NCBI GenBank assembly: GCA_029263195.1
Contig: JAJCXX010000084.1
Span: 65,713 to 129,712, forward strand
Direction of reading: 5' to 3'
Length of the DNA: 64,000 bases
From: Acidimicrobiales bacterium
GTDB taxonomy: Bacteria; Actinomycetota; Acidimicrobiia; Acidimicrobiales; Aldehydirespiratoraceae
Shown here: positions 29,506 through 38,463 of the stretch, piece by piece
How the letters are laid out: every line of letters begins with the position of its first letter
Numbering within the stretch: the first letter of the stretch is position 1
Made by a program: the position numbers and the translations under genes
The notes under the pieces: generated by a model
Databases searched by the model: none
What the model saw: only the letters and a program-made list of their open reading frames with translations
What the model was told of the DNA's origin: nothing

Positions 29506-30528
29506 ATGACCGCAACAACTCCTGGTCTGGTGTGTTCTCACCATCACCTCTATTCGGCGTTGGCGCGAGGAATGCCGGCTCCGCCGAAGAACCCCGCCAG
29601 CTTCATGGAGATACTCGAACAGGTCTGGTGGCGTCTCGACACGGCTCTCGACCTGGAGATGCTGCGATGGTCGGCGATGCTCGGAGCGGTTGAGGCCCTC
29701 GAGAACGGCACCACAGCCATTGTCGACCACCATGAGAGTCCCAACGCGATCGAGGGCAGCCTCGATGTGATCGCCGACGCGTGCGCAGAAGTCGGGGAGC
29801 GGATCAACACCACCTACGGCATCACCGACCGTCACGGCATCGAGGGCGCCCGGCGTGGCCTCGCCGAGAATGAGAGGTTCATCAAGGCGGGTGGCCAGGG
29901 CTACGTCGGGGTACACGCCTCGTTCACCTGCAGCGACGAATCGCTCGAGGCTGCGGCAGGGCTCGCTGACGACTTGGGAGTCGGAGTCCACATACACGTC
30001 GCCGAGGGTGTCGATGATGTCGATGCCACCGAGCGGCTCAAGGGACTCACCAACGAGAGATGGCTGTTGATTCACGGCGTCCACCTGCCCGACGACCATG
30101 AGCTGCAAGGCACGATCGTGCACAATCCGCGATCCAACCTCAACAACGCTGTCGGATACGCCAACCCAGCGCGATTCTCCAATCCGGTGGCGCTCGGCAC
30201 CGACGGCATCGGAGCCAACATGATCGAAGCGTTCCGCCTCGCCTATGTTATGCAGCGGTCCGTCGATGTGAGTAGCAGCCCCGACGATGCGTGGTCCTGG
30301 CTCTCCGCAGGTTGGGATCTCATGCCCGAGGCCCAAAGCGACACCGTCACATGGTCCTACGACCCGATGGATCCTTGGCACCTGGCGTTCACGCCGGGTG
30401 TCATGCCGGTCTCCGTCGAGGTCGGTGGTGAGACGGTGTTCGAGCACGGAAAGACAACCCGTGTCGACGCCGGCGAGGTACGAGCCAAGGCGAATGAGCA
30501 GGCGGGCCGCCTTCACGCCCTCCTCTGA
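29506..30528 (+). CDS. ssnA: SsnA-like amidohydrolase (compact form)
   Basis: HHHLYSALARG, WWRLD, GTTAIVDHH, HIHVAEG, HNPRSN..NAVG, LGTDG; adjacent to ygfK. Confidence 0.8.
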   Translation: MTATTPGLVCSHHHLYSALARGMPAPPKNPASFMEILEQVWWRLDTALDLEMLRWSAMLGAVEALENGTTAIVDHHESPNAIEGSLDVIADACAEVGERINTTYGITDRHGIEGARRGLAENERFIKAGGQGYVGVHASFTCSDESLEAAAGLADDLGVGVHIHVAEGVDDVDATERLKGLTNERWLLIHGVHLPDDHELQGTIVHNPRSNLNNAVGYANPARFSNPVALGTDGIGANMIEAFRLAYVMQRSVDVSSSPDDAWSWLSAGWDLMPEAQSDTVTWSYDPMDPWHLAFTPGVMPVSVEVGGETVFEHGKTTRVDAGEVRAKANEQAGRLHALL

Positions 30529-30580
30529 GGGGTGAGGAACACCGCGCCACACGATTCAACGGTACGAGGAGAGAAGCGAC

Positions 30581-33500
30581 ATGTCCGACCGATTCCATCC
30601 GATCTCGATGGAGCAACTCACCAACTGGGTTTTCGATGAGCTAGAGGCCAAGGAGGCGCTCTTTGGCGTGCCAGAGACGGCGTTCTTTGTGCCGAATGGG
30701 GAGCACCGTTATCGCACCGAGATGTACGGCGTCGAACTCGACACGCCGTTCGGAGTGGCGGCAGGTCCCCAGACTCAGATGGCGCAGAACATCATCGTGT
30801 CGTGGCTGGTAGGTGCCCGTTTCATCGAGCTCAAGACCATCCAGACCCTCGACGAACTTGATGTGGCGAAGCCCTGCATCGACGTCCAGGACGAGGGTTA
30901 CAACGTCGAGTGGTCCCAGGAGCTGAAGGTCTACGAGTCATTCGACGAATACCTGCGGGCGTGGGTACTCATCCATGCCTTGCACCACAAGTTCGGTTGG
31001 CACGGCGACCTGCCGGGTCTGATCTTCAACATGAGCGTTGGCTACAACCTGGAAGGCATGTTGAAGCCCAACGTCCAGTGGTTCTTCAACGCCATGGACG
31101 ATGCCTCGGAGTATCTCCCGGCCTACATAGACATCGTGGCCGAGCGCTATCCCGAAGTGCGCGACATCGAGATTCCTTCGAAGATCTCCGACACCATCAC
31201 TCTCTCCACTATGCACGGCTGTCCCCCCGACGAGATCGAGAAGATCTCCCTCTACCTGATCGAGGAGCGCGGTCTCCACACCTCGGTCAAATGCAATCCG
31301 ACGCTGCTCGGAGCTGATCGCGTGCGGGCGATCCTCAACGATGACCTGAGCTTCAGCGACGTACCCGTGCCCGACGAGGCGTTCGGACACGACCTCATGT
31401 ACGTCGACGCGGTGCCCATGTTGCACAACCTGCGCCGCGTCGCGGCGGGCCGCGGCCTTACGTTCGGTGTGAAGCTCAGCAACACGCTTGAAGTCAACAA
31501 CTGGCGTGGCGTGTTCGAGGGCGACGACATGATGTACCTGTCGGGACGGGCCCTTCACGCCTTGACAACCAACCTCGCGTCGAAGCTCTCCGAGGAATAC
31601 CGAGGCGACTTGCTGATGTCGTTCGCCGGGGGCGCCGACTGTTTCAACGTCGCCGATCTCATTCGATCGGGCATGAAGACCATCACCGTGTGCTCTGACT
31701 TGCTCAAGACCGGCGGCTATCTGCGCATGCTTCAGTACACGGAGAACCTCGATGCGGCGATGGACACCGTCGGAGCGGGTGATACCGCCGACTTCATCAT
31801 GATGTCGGCGATGGCCCAGCCGAACTTCCACGAATTCCCGATGTCGCTCCGCCTGGCCGCCATCGGCGATAGCGGACTCGAGCTGCCAAGACACCTTTGT
31901 GATTCTCTACATCTGAAGCTGTCGGAGGCCACCGGCGAACGCCCCGTTCTTTTGGTCGTGGCCGATTGGGCCGCCGCCAACGGTTTCGATGGTGAACGTG
32001 CCGAAGTCATCGTGCAGCTCACCCTCAAGACCATGGCCCGCCTCAACCTCCGTCAGAGCGCCGACGATGTCCGCTCGGACTGGCGCTACCAGAAGCACTC
32101 TTTCCGAATGGACCGCTCCAAGACCGAGCGGGAGCTTCACTACTTCGACTGCATCGAGGCTCCCTGTGTCGATGAGTGCCCCGTCGATCAGAACGTCCCC
32201 GAATACATGAACGCAGTCCGTGAAGGCGACTTCGCCGAAGCAGTCAGGATCACACGCCAGGACAATCCCGTCCCGGCCATTCTCGGCCGTGTGTGTGATC
32301 ATCTTTGCGAAAACACCTGCATTCGTTCCCACCTCGACCAGCCGCTGGCGATCCGCCACATGAAGCGGTTCATCATGAGTCACGAGGTTCAGCCGGTCGT
32401 GCTCGGCCGGAAACCGGCCGAGGCAGGCAAGGTCGCCATCATCGGTGCCGGGCCGGCGGGCATAGCCGCGGCGCAAGAGCTTGGCTACGCCGGGTTCGGT
32501 GTGACCATCTTCGAGGCTCATCCCTACTCAGGTGGAATGGTGGGCGGCGCCATCCCCTCATACCGACTGCCTCGCAGCGACATCGACAAGGACATGGCCG
32601 TCCTCGATGAGCTCGGCGTGGAGGTCCGCTACAGCCAGAAGGCCGGCGTCGATTTCACCATCGACGATCTGCGCAGCGACGGCTACATCGCAGTGATGGT
32701 CGCGGTCGGTGCCCAGCTGGCGAAGAAGTTGGGACTACCAGGAGACGACGCCGACGGAGTGATCGACGGCATCACCTTCCTGCGGTCGGTCCGTGAAGGT
32801 GACCCAATGCCGATCGGGCCGAAGGTTGGCGTAATCGGCGCCGGCGACACCGCAATGGACTGCATCCGTTCGGCCCGCCGAGTGGGTGCCGGTGAGGTCA
32901 ACCTCATCTACCGGCGAACGATCGATCAGATGCCTGCCGATCCCGAAGAGATCGTGGCCAGTGTCGAGGAGGGCATCAACATCGTCGAGTTGGCCAGCCC
33001 GGCAGGAGTGAACGTCAGCGACGGGCGGCTGGCAGGCATCGTCTGCACCCGCACCGAGTATCGAGGCGAGCGCGACGCTTCGGGCCGCAACATCCCGTTC
33101 GCCGTGCCCGACTCAGAATTCGAGATCGAACTCGACACGTTGATTCTTGCCATCAGCCAGCACTCGGTCCTCGACTTCTTTGCCGACGATCAGCCCGAGC
33201 TCAACGACTGGGGCTACATCAAGGTCGATCCTCACACCTACGAGTCGTCGATTCCGGGTCTCTATGCCGGCGGTGATGTCGCTGCCGACGGGCCCTCCTC
33301 GATCGTGAAGGCGGCTTCGGATGGCAAGGCGGTTGCCGCGGCGATCATCGCCAAGCACACATCGCCTGAGCCGACCGTCGTTGTCGAGGATCCCAGGTCG
33401 ATCGATCTCCAAGGCCTGGTGGTCCGCCGGGCCCGTCGCGAGTATCGGGTCCCGATCCAGTTCAGTCCGCTCGACCAGCGTGATGGGTTCGAGGAGACCG

Positions 33501-34150
33501 TCCTCAACTTCACAGATGAAGAGGCGATGGCCGAGGCGGGTCGCTGTCTCGACTGTCACGACATCTGCAGCCTCTGTGTGGGCGTTTGCCCGAATATGGC
33601 CCTGATGACATATGAGATGAGCCCTTCAGCGGCCAAGCTCCCAACGCTGCAGTTCAGCGACGGGGCCCTGGCGGCCAGCGGCGACGTTGAGTTCAGGGTT
33701 GGTCAGGGGCTTCAGATAGCGGTGCTCACCGACTTCTGCAACGAGTGCGGAAACTGCGAAACCGTTTGTCCTACGTCGGGCACGCCCTACCGCGACAAGC
33801 CTCGTCTTTTCCTCAACAGAGCCGATTTCGAGAGCGAGACCGATAACGCATTCATGTTGATGGGTGACTCTGCTGTCGAATGTCGCGTGGCCGGGGAGAC
33901 TCATCGGGTGGATGTCAACGGCCAACTCGAATACAGCTCACCGACCTTCACCGCCACGCTCGACCGTCACACCATGGAATTGCTCGACGCGTCACCCAAC
34001 GGGGGAGCGACCGCGGAGGATGAATTTTCGCTCGAGCCGCTGGCCGTCATGCTGACGATCTCCGAGGGCGTCTCCGGCTCGCTGCCGCACATCCCGGTGC
34101 ATGCCGAAGCCGGCACCTTCGTCGAGCATCCCGGCTACGCGGAGGACTGA
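30581..34150 (+). CDS. ygfK: YgfK-type Fe-S flavoprotein oxidoreductase ('putative selenate reductase')
   Basis: GVAAGPQTQMAQNI, ELKT, KPCID, HGCPPDEIE, KLSNT, GltD-like GAGPAG, ferredoxin motifs CSLCVGVCPN and CNECGNC. Confidence 0.9.
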   Translation: MSDRFHPISMEQLTNWVFDELEAKEALFGVPETAFFVPNGEHRYRTEMYGVELDTPFGVAAGPQTQMAQNIIVSWLVGARFIELKTIQTLDELDVAKPCIDVQDEGYNVEWSQELKVYESFDEYLRAWVLIHALHHKFGWHGDLPGLIFNMSVGYNLEGMLKPNVQWFFNAMDDASEYLPAYIDIVAERYPEVRDIEIPSKISDTITLSTMHGCPPDEIEKISLYLIEERGLHTSVKCNPTLLGADRVRAILNDDLSFSDVPVPDEAFGHDLMYVDAVPMLHNLRRVAAGRGLTFGVKLSNTLEVNNWRGVFEGDDMMYLSGRALHALTTNLASKLSEEYRGDLLMSFAGGADCFNVADLIRSGMKTITVCSDLLKTGGYLRMLQYTENLDAAMDTVGAGDTADFIMMSAMAQPNFHEFPMSLRLAAIGDSGLELPRHLCDSLHLKLSEATGERPVLLVVADWAAANGFDGERAEVIVQLTLKTMARLNLRQSADDVRSDWRYQKHSFRMDRSKTERELHYFDCIEAPCVDECPVDQNVPEYMNAVREGDFAEAVRITRQDNPVPAILGRVCDHLCENTCIRSHLDQPLAIRHMKRFIMSHEVQPVVLGRKPAEAGKVAIIGAGPAGIAAAQELGYAGFGVTIFEAHPYSGGMVGGAIPSYRLPRSDIDKDMAVLDELGVEVRYSQKAGVDFTIDDLRSDGYIAVMVAVGAQLAKKLGLPGDDADGVIDGITFLRSVREGDPMPIGPKVGVIGAGDTAMDCIRSARRVGAGEVNLIYRRTIDQMPADPEEIVASVEEGINIVELASPAGVNVSDGRLAGIVCTRTEYRGERDASGRNIPFAVPDSEFEIELDTLILAISQHSVLDFFADDQPELNDWGYIKVDPHTYESSIPGLYAGGDVAADGPSSIVKAASDGKAVAAAIIAKHTSPEPTVVVEDPRSIDLQGLVVRRARREYRVPIQFSPLDQRDGFEETVLNFTDEEAMAEAGRCLDCHDICSLCVGVCPNMALMTYEMSPSAAKLPTLQFSDGALAASGDVEFRVGQGLQIAVLTDFCNECGNCETVCPTSGTPYRDKPRLFLNRADFESETDNAFMLMGDSAVECRVAGETHRVDVNGQLEYSSPTFTATLDRHTMELLDASPNGGATAEDEFSLEPLAVMLTISEGVSGSLPHIPVHAEAGTFVEHPGYAED

Positions 34151-34238
34151 CCGCCACCGGGTAGTCCATGGGCGGTCGGCTCGAACCGCGATCTCCCCCA
34201 GTAGGTAGGCGGAGCTGGATTGAACCTACGCTCGCTTG

Positions 34239-35393
34239 ATGAAGCCGTTCTCGGTGGCGATGTGGGACTTTTCTTGGGCAACTCGGCGCTCGGGAAACGA
34301 GGCCGAGTACCGGGACTGGGAACGAGTTCTGGACGAACTGGCCGACCGAGGATACGACTGTGTTCGGATCGACGCCTTCCCTCACCTGATCGGGTCCGGC
34401 CCGGCAGACTCACCGGTAACGACATCTGTGATCGGGCCCCAACGAAAGCGCTTCATGTGGGGCAATCACATCGCGGTCGAAATTCGGCCTCGACATGACT
34501 TGCTCGGATTCGTAACCGCCTGCGCCGATCGCGGGATCGGCGTGGCCCTGTCGTCTTGGTTCATACCCGACGCATCCGATCGACGACGTGAGGTCGTAAC
34601 CCCCGACGACTTCGTACGAGTTTGGGATGAGACCTTGAGATGTCTCGCCGAAGCTGACCTGCTCGACTCCGTCGTATGGGTCGACCTGTGCAACGAGTTT
34701 CCGCTCGACGTTTGGGCCCCGGGCGCGGCCCGTCAGATCTTCGGTCATGCGTTTCGCAGACCGGTCGGGGTTGCTCTTCGAGGTCTACCTTGGCGTGAGA
34801 TATGGGCGCAGCGAACCCAGCAGTACCTCACAGACGCGGTGGGCGAACTCAAGGAGCGCTGGCCGGGGATGCGATTCTGCTACTCGTACCATGGGTTGGT
34901 CGGTGGGCAGCTACGACGGCTGGATTCGTCGGCCTTCGACGTGGCGGAGGTGCACTGTTGGCTGACCGACGGCGCCCTGTGGAATCTCTGGAGCCTTCAG
35001 GTACTGCCTCTCCTGGAGGTGCCTATGGGCGCAAAGCTGCACGCGTGGAGGATGGCTGCAGTCTCGCGGCGCAGGATAGAGCGGTGGGTCGATTCGACCC
35101 TGGATCCGGTCATGCGCGAATGGGCGAGTTGGGCATCGGTGGAGTCGCTTCCGCTCATCACCAGCGAGGGCTGGGGCCCGACCAATTACGTCGATCAGAC
35201 TGCTATCGATGCGGAGTGGCGGTGGATTCGCGATGTGTCGGAGCTGGCCGTCGAGCGGGCCATCGACCTGGGTTGGATCGGGATCTGCACCAACAACTTC
35301 TGCCAGCCCCACCACCGCGGAATGTGGACGGAAGTCGGGTGGCACCGCGAATTGACCGACGAAATTCGCCGGGCCGGGACTCGTCGGTCATAG
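34239..35393 (+). CDS. Cellulase-like (clan GH-A) putative glycoside hydrolase
   Basis: MWDFSW, RGYDCVRIDAFPHL, DLCNE acid/base, TSEGWG nucleophile-like. Confidence 0.7.
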   Translation: MKPFSVAMWDFSWATRRSGNEAEYRDWERVLDELADRGYDCVRIDAFPHLIGSGPADSPVTTSVIGPQRKRFMWGNHIAVEIRPRHDLLGFVTACADRGIGVALSSWFIPDASDRRREVVTPDDFVRVWDETLRCLAEADLLDSVVWVDLCNEFPLDVWAPGAARQIFGHAFRRPVGVALRGLPWREIWAQRTQQYLTDAVGELKERWPGMRFCYSYHGLVGGQLRRLDSSAFDVAEVHCWLTDGALWNLWSLQVLPLLEVPMGAKLHAWRMAAVSRRRIERWVDSTLDPVMREWASWASVESLPLITSEGWGPTNYVDQTAIDAEWRWIRDVSELAVERAIDLGWIGICTNNFCQPHHRGMWTEVGWHRELTDEIRRAGTRRS

Positions 35394-35474
35394 CCCCTCT
35401 GTGGCCTCTGGGATGGTTCGGTTGGCGCCGTGGCGCGATCTTCGCATGGCGGCGGGCTGTGCAAGACTTGGGCT

Positions 35475-36854
35475 ATGCGGATTTCGGCGGTGGTTGTTGC
35501 GGTGACTCTCTTGGCGACCGCCTGTGGTGGCGAGGGCACCGACCTCACGACCGAGCCGAGCGACAACACCACATCCGTGCCACCGACCACGGTCGCCCCG
35601 CCGGCCATCTCGCCGACCGCCCCGGCGGATCTCGCGATCCAGCTCTGCGACAACATCGAAATTCCCGTGCCATCGGTGATCGGAACGCTGAGCGGAGCTG
35701 AGAACATGCCATGGGAGCTCAACGGTGTGCTGAGCACCTACGTCGTTGAACACCCCGACACCTACGGGGGTAGATGGATCGATCGAGAGTACGGCGGCAC
35801 GGTCGTGCTCGCCTTCACCGACGAACCAGGCCCCCATCTGGAGGAGATTCTCGGGCGTCGGCCGAGCGAAACCGATATCGCCGCGATCGAACCCCGCCCA
35901 CCAATCACCGTCGACTGGACAGTCGGCGAGTCGGGCTACGCGGTTGATGTCGTGCAGGTCACCCACACCGAGACCGACCTGCGCGCCCTCCAGGACGAGG
36001 CTGTTCAGGCCCTGTTCGGACGCGACGACGTCGCTGTGGTCGGGATGGGAGCCAGCAGCTCACTCAACCGAACGACCCTCGACATGATCCGGCCGACACC
36101 GGCGCAACTCAAGGTCATCGCCTCTGAGTTCCCCGACCGTGCCGACATGTTCTGTCTGCGCGGCAGCCTGTGGGACGAGTCGATGGCGCCGCCCTCAGTC
36201 GATGAGCCGCTTACGGTGATGGCCGATGGGAACGACGATCCCCTCGTCACGTGTGGAGAGACAGAGTCGTTCGTGCTGTCGGTACTCGATGGTCCGCCCG
36301 ACGTGGATCCCGCGTCCGACGACCCCCTCGTTGTCGCCCTGCTCACGTCGGTACCGGTAGGCGTCCCCGTCCCCCAGGCGGGTTGGCGCACGCTTCACCG
36401 CGACGACGAGACCGCTCTGTTCGGTCACTTCGAGGATCCCGCCGGCGCCTTGCTGCACTCGTTCGAAAACACTATGGCTGGATGGTCGCTTCGCGGTACG
36501 CGCGGCTGCTCGCTGAGCCTGGCGCTGCCGGACGGGGTCGGCCTCATGAACGTCGGACTCGATCCCGAGCATCCGATTGATCCGGACTCGGTGACGCTGC
36601 ATTTGCTGGTGTCCCAATCAGCGTGCTCGAGTGGCGCCAGCGGCGTCGAGAACATGCGACCGCCGGAGGTCATCGAGTCCGCCACGGAGGTCCGTATCGC
36701 GATCGCCGTCCTATTGCCGGAAGGAAACCAAACCTGTCAGGGCAACCCAACGGCGCCGATCACCGTCGAGCTTCAGTCGCCCATCGGCGACCGCTCACTT
36801 CTCGATGGCATGAGCGTCCCGCCCGAACTGCTCGAGAATTGGGATGGCTTCTGA
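35475..36854 (+). CDS. Hypothetical lipoprotein
   Basis: Lipobox LATAC, Thr/Pro linker, C-terminal ACSSG..TCQGNP domain. Confidence 0.7.
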   Translation: MRISAVVVAVTLLATACGGEGTDLTTEPSDNTTSVPPTTVAPPAISPTAPADLAIQLCDNIEIPVPSVIGTLSGAENMPWELNGVLSTYVVEHPDTYGGRWIDREYGGTVVLAFTDEPGPHLEEILGRRPSETDIAAIEPRPPITVDWTVGESGYAVDVVQVTHTETDLRALQDEAVQALFGRDDVAVVGMGASSSLNRTTLDMIRPTPAQLKVIASEFPDRADMFCLRGSLWDESMAPPSVDEPLTVMADGNDDPLVTCGETESFVLSVLDGPPDVDPASDDPLVVALLTSVPVGVPVPQAGWRTLHRDDETALFGHFEDPAGALLHSFENTMAGWSLRGTRGCSLSLALPDGVGLMNVGLDPEHPIDPDSVTLHLLVSQSACSSGASGVENMRPPEVIESATEVRIAIAVLLPEGNQTCQGNPTAPITVELQSPIGDRSLLDGMSVPPELLENWDGF

Positions 36855-36886
36855 GCTCATGGGGCTCGGTCATACACTTCCGGCTC

Positions 36887-37672
36887 CTACGCCCAGATGA
36901 CCGAAGTCTCGACGCTCCCGTCGTCTCGGAGCTCGACCAGGCGAGCACCGGATTGTGTGGCTGTTGAGTTGTTCTCCTGCATAGGGTGCACGTGACGAAG
37001 CTGAAGACAGGTTGAAGGGGAGAGTAGATACTTCACTCCACGTCGCTCGATCTCATCGGCGGTGTGGAGGTGGCCCGACATCACCGCTGAGACGTTGGGG
37101 TGGCGATCGATGATCTCCAGGAACTGCCAAGCATTGAAGGTACGGCAATCACTGTCTGGGCAGGGTGACAGCGGCGGGTGGTGAACCCCGATGAGGATCG
37201 AGTGGTCGCAGTCGAGCGCAGCTTCGAGTTCTTCCAACGTGGCATCGGTGAAGCTGCCGCCTTGGGTGCCGTGAGTGGAGGAGTTCACCACCAGCACACG
37301 CCATCCACCGAGATCTCTGAACCCAACGTTGGTGGCTACGCGGTCGCCGAACACCGACTTCATGAGTTCGACCCCGTCGTGGTTCCCCGGCGTGGCGAAT
37401 ATGGGAGCGTCGAATCTCTCGAAGAGGGCCAGGGCGTCCATATAGGCGTCCTCTGCCGGAATGTCGACGATGTCACCGGTATGCACGACGAGATCGATGC
37501 CGCCGACAGCGTCGACGAACTCTTTGGTCGCATTGACGACGAGTGCTGCGCTTTCGTCGGTGGTCGTGCCGTTGAGGAAGTGGACGGCATCGGCGAAACA
37601 CTTCGGTGGAAACTCCGGCACTGCGTTGGGACGAATGTGAGTGTCGGTGATCTGTACGACTCGAATGGTCAT
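36887..37672 (-). CDS. Calcineurin-like metallophosphoesterase (CpdA-like)
   Basis: DTH, GD..D, GNHD, HHPP, GHLH motifs. Confidence 0.88.
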   Translation of the reverse strand: MTIRVVQITDTHIRPNAVPEFPPKCFADAVHFLNGTTTDESAALVVNATKEFVDAVGGIDLVVHTGDIVDIPAEDAYMDALALFERFDAPIFATPGNHDGVELMKSVFGDRVATNVGFRDLGGWRVLVVNSSTHGTQGGSFTDATLEELEAALDCDHSILIGVHHPPLSPCPDSDCRTFNAWQFLEIIDRHPNVSAVMSGHLHTADEIERRGVKYLLSPSTCLQLRHVHPMQENNSTATQSGARLVELRDDGSVETSVIWA

Positions 37673-37679
37673 GGCGAGG

Positions 37680-38417
37680 TCACTGGTACTTTCGGGTGGG
37701 GGAGACGGCTATCAGGAGCGGAAACCCGCAACGTCTGAGCAAGGCGAAGCGTCCCCGGGGCACGGCCCGGGCTTCCCTGCGTATGGCCTCGGGGATGGAT
37801 CGGTTGGCGCCGTGGCGGGGATGGCGATCATGGATCGCCTGGAGTTGTTCCTTCGGGATCACCCGCGATCGCAATCCGGTGAGGTCGGCGAGCGCGCCAG
37901 TCTGCACGTAGTAGCCCAGAGGATTGGTGTCGGGACGTAATCCTGGAGTGGCGTGCGCGACCACCGCGTCGGAGATGACGGTCGCTTGGGTGGGGTCAAC
38001 GGCGTCGGTGCACGCTCTTCGTATGACCTCGGCGGAACGAATAGTGAAGTCCTCACCGACGACGCTGGACATCAGACCCGAGTCGTGGAGAAGGGCGGCG
38101 GCGTACAACAACTCGGGATCGACTGCCACACCGTCGAGTTGGCTGAAACAGGCCCCGAAGATCCATGTGCGGTATCCGTGTCCGATTAAGGCGGGGGACT
38201 GCTCATCGGCGCACTCCTCGACCTGACGAGCGAACTTCGAGTCTGGGGCAACGGGATCAGGAACCGCGGCGTTGGTGGTCCGATGGGGCGGCAGGCGATC
38301 GGCGATGTAGCTCACCACACTTCCGGCGATCGGTCGAAGCATCGCAAGTCGCTCCGTACGGCTCAGGTCTCCGCCGGTGCGGGTGGCCCAGTCGATCGAC
38401 ACCAATGGTTGGCTCAC
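37680..38417 (-). CDS. HD domain protein
   Basis: GHGYRTW, AALLHDSGL, AVVAH, GALAD. Confidence 0.8.
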   Translation of the reverse strand: MSQPLVSIDWATRTGGDLSRTERLAMLRPIAGSVVSYIADRLPPHRTTNAAVPDPVAPDSKFARQVEECADEQSPALIGHGYRTWIFGACFSQLDGVAVDPELLYAAALLHDSGLMSSVVGEDFTIRSAEVIRRACTDAVDPTQATVISDAVVAHATPGLRPDTNPLGYYVQTGALADLTGLRSRVIPKEQLQAIHDRHPRHGANRSIPEAIRREARAVPRGRFALLRRCGFPLLIAVSPTRKYQ

Positions 38418-38463
38418 AGCGACAGCGTATTACTCGGCGTTCACATCTTGTTGCCGATAGCGG

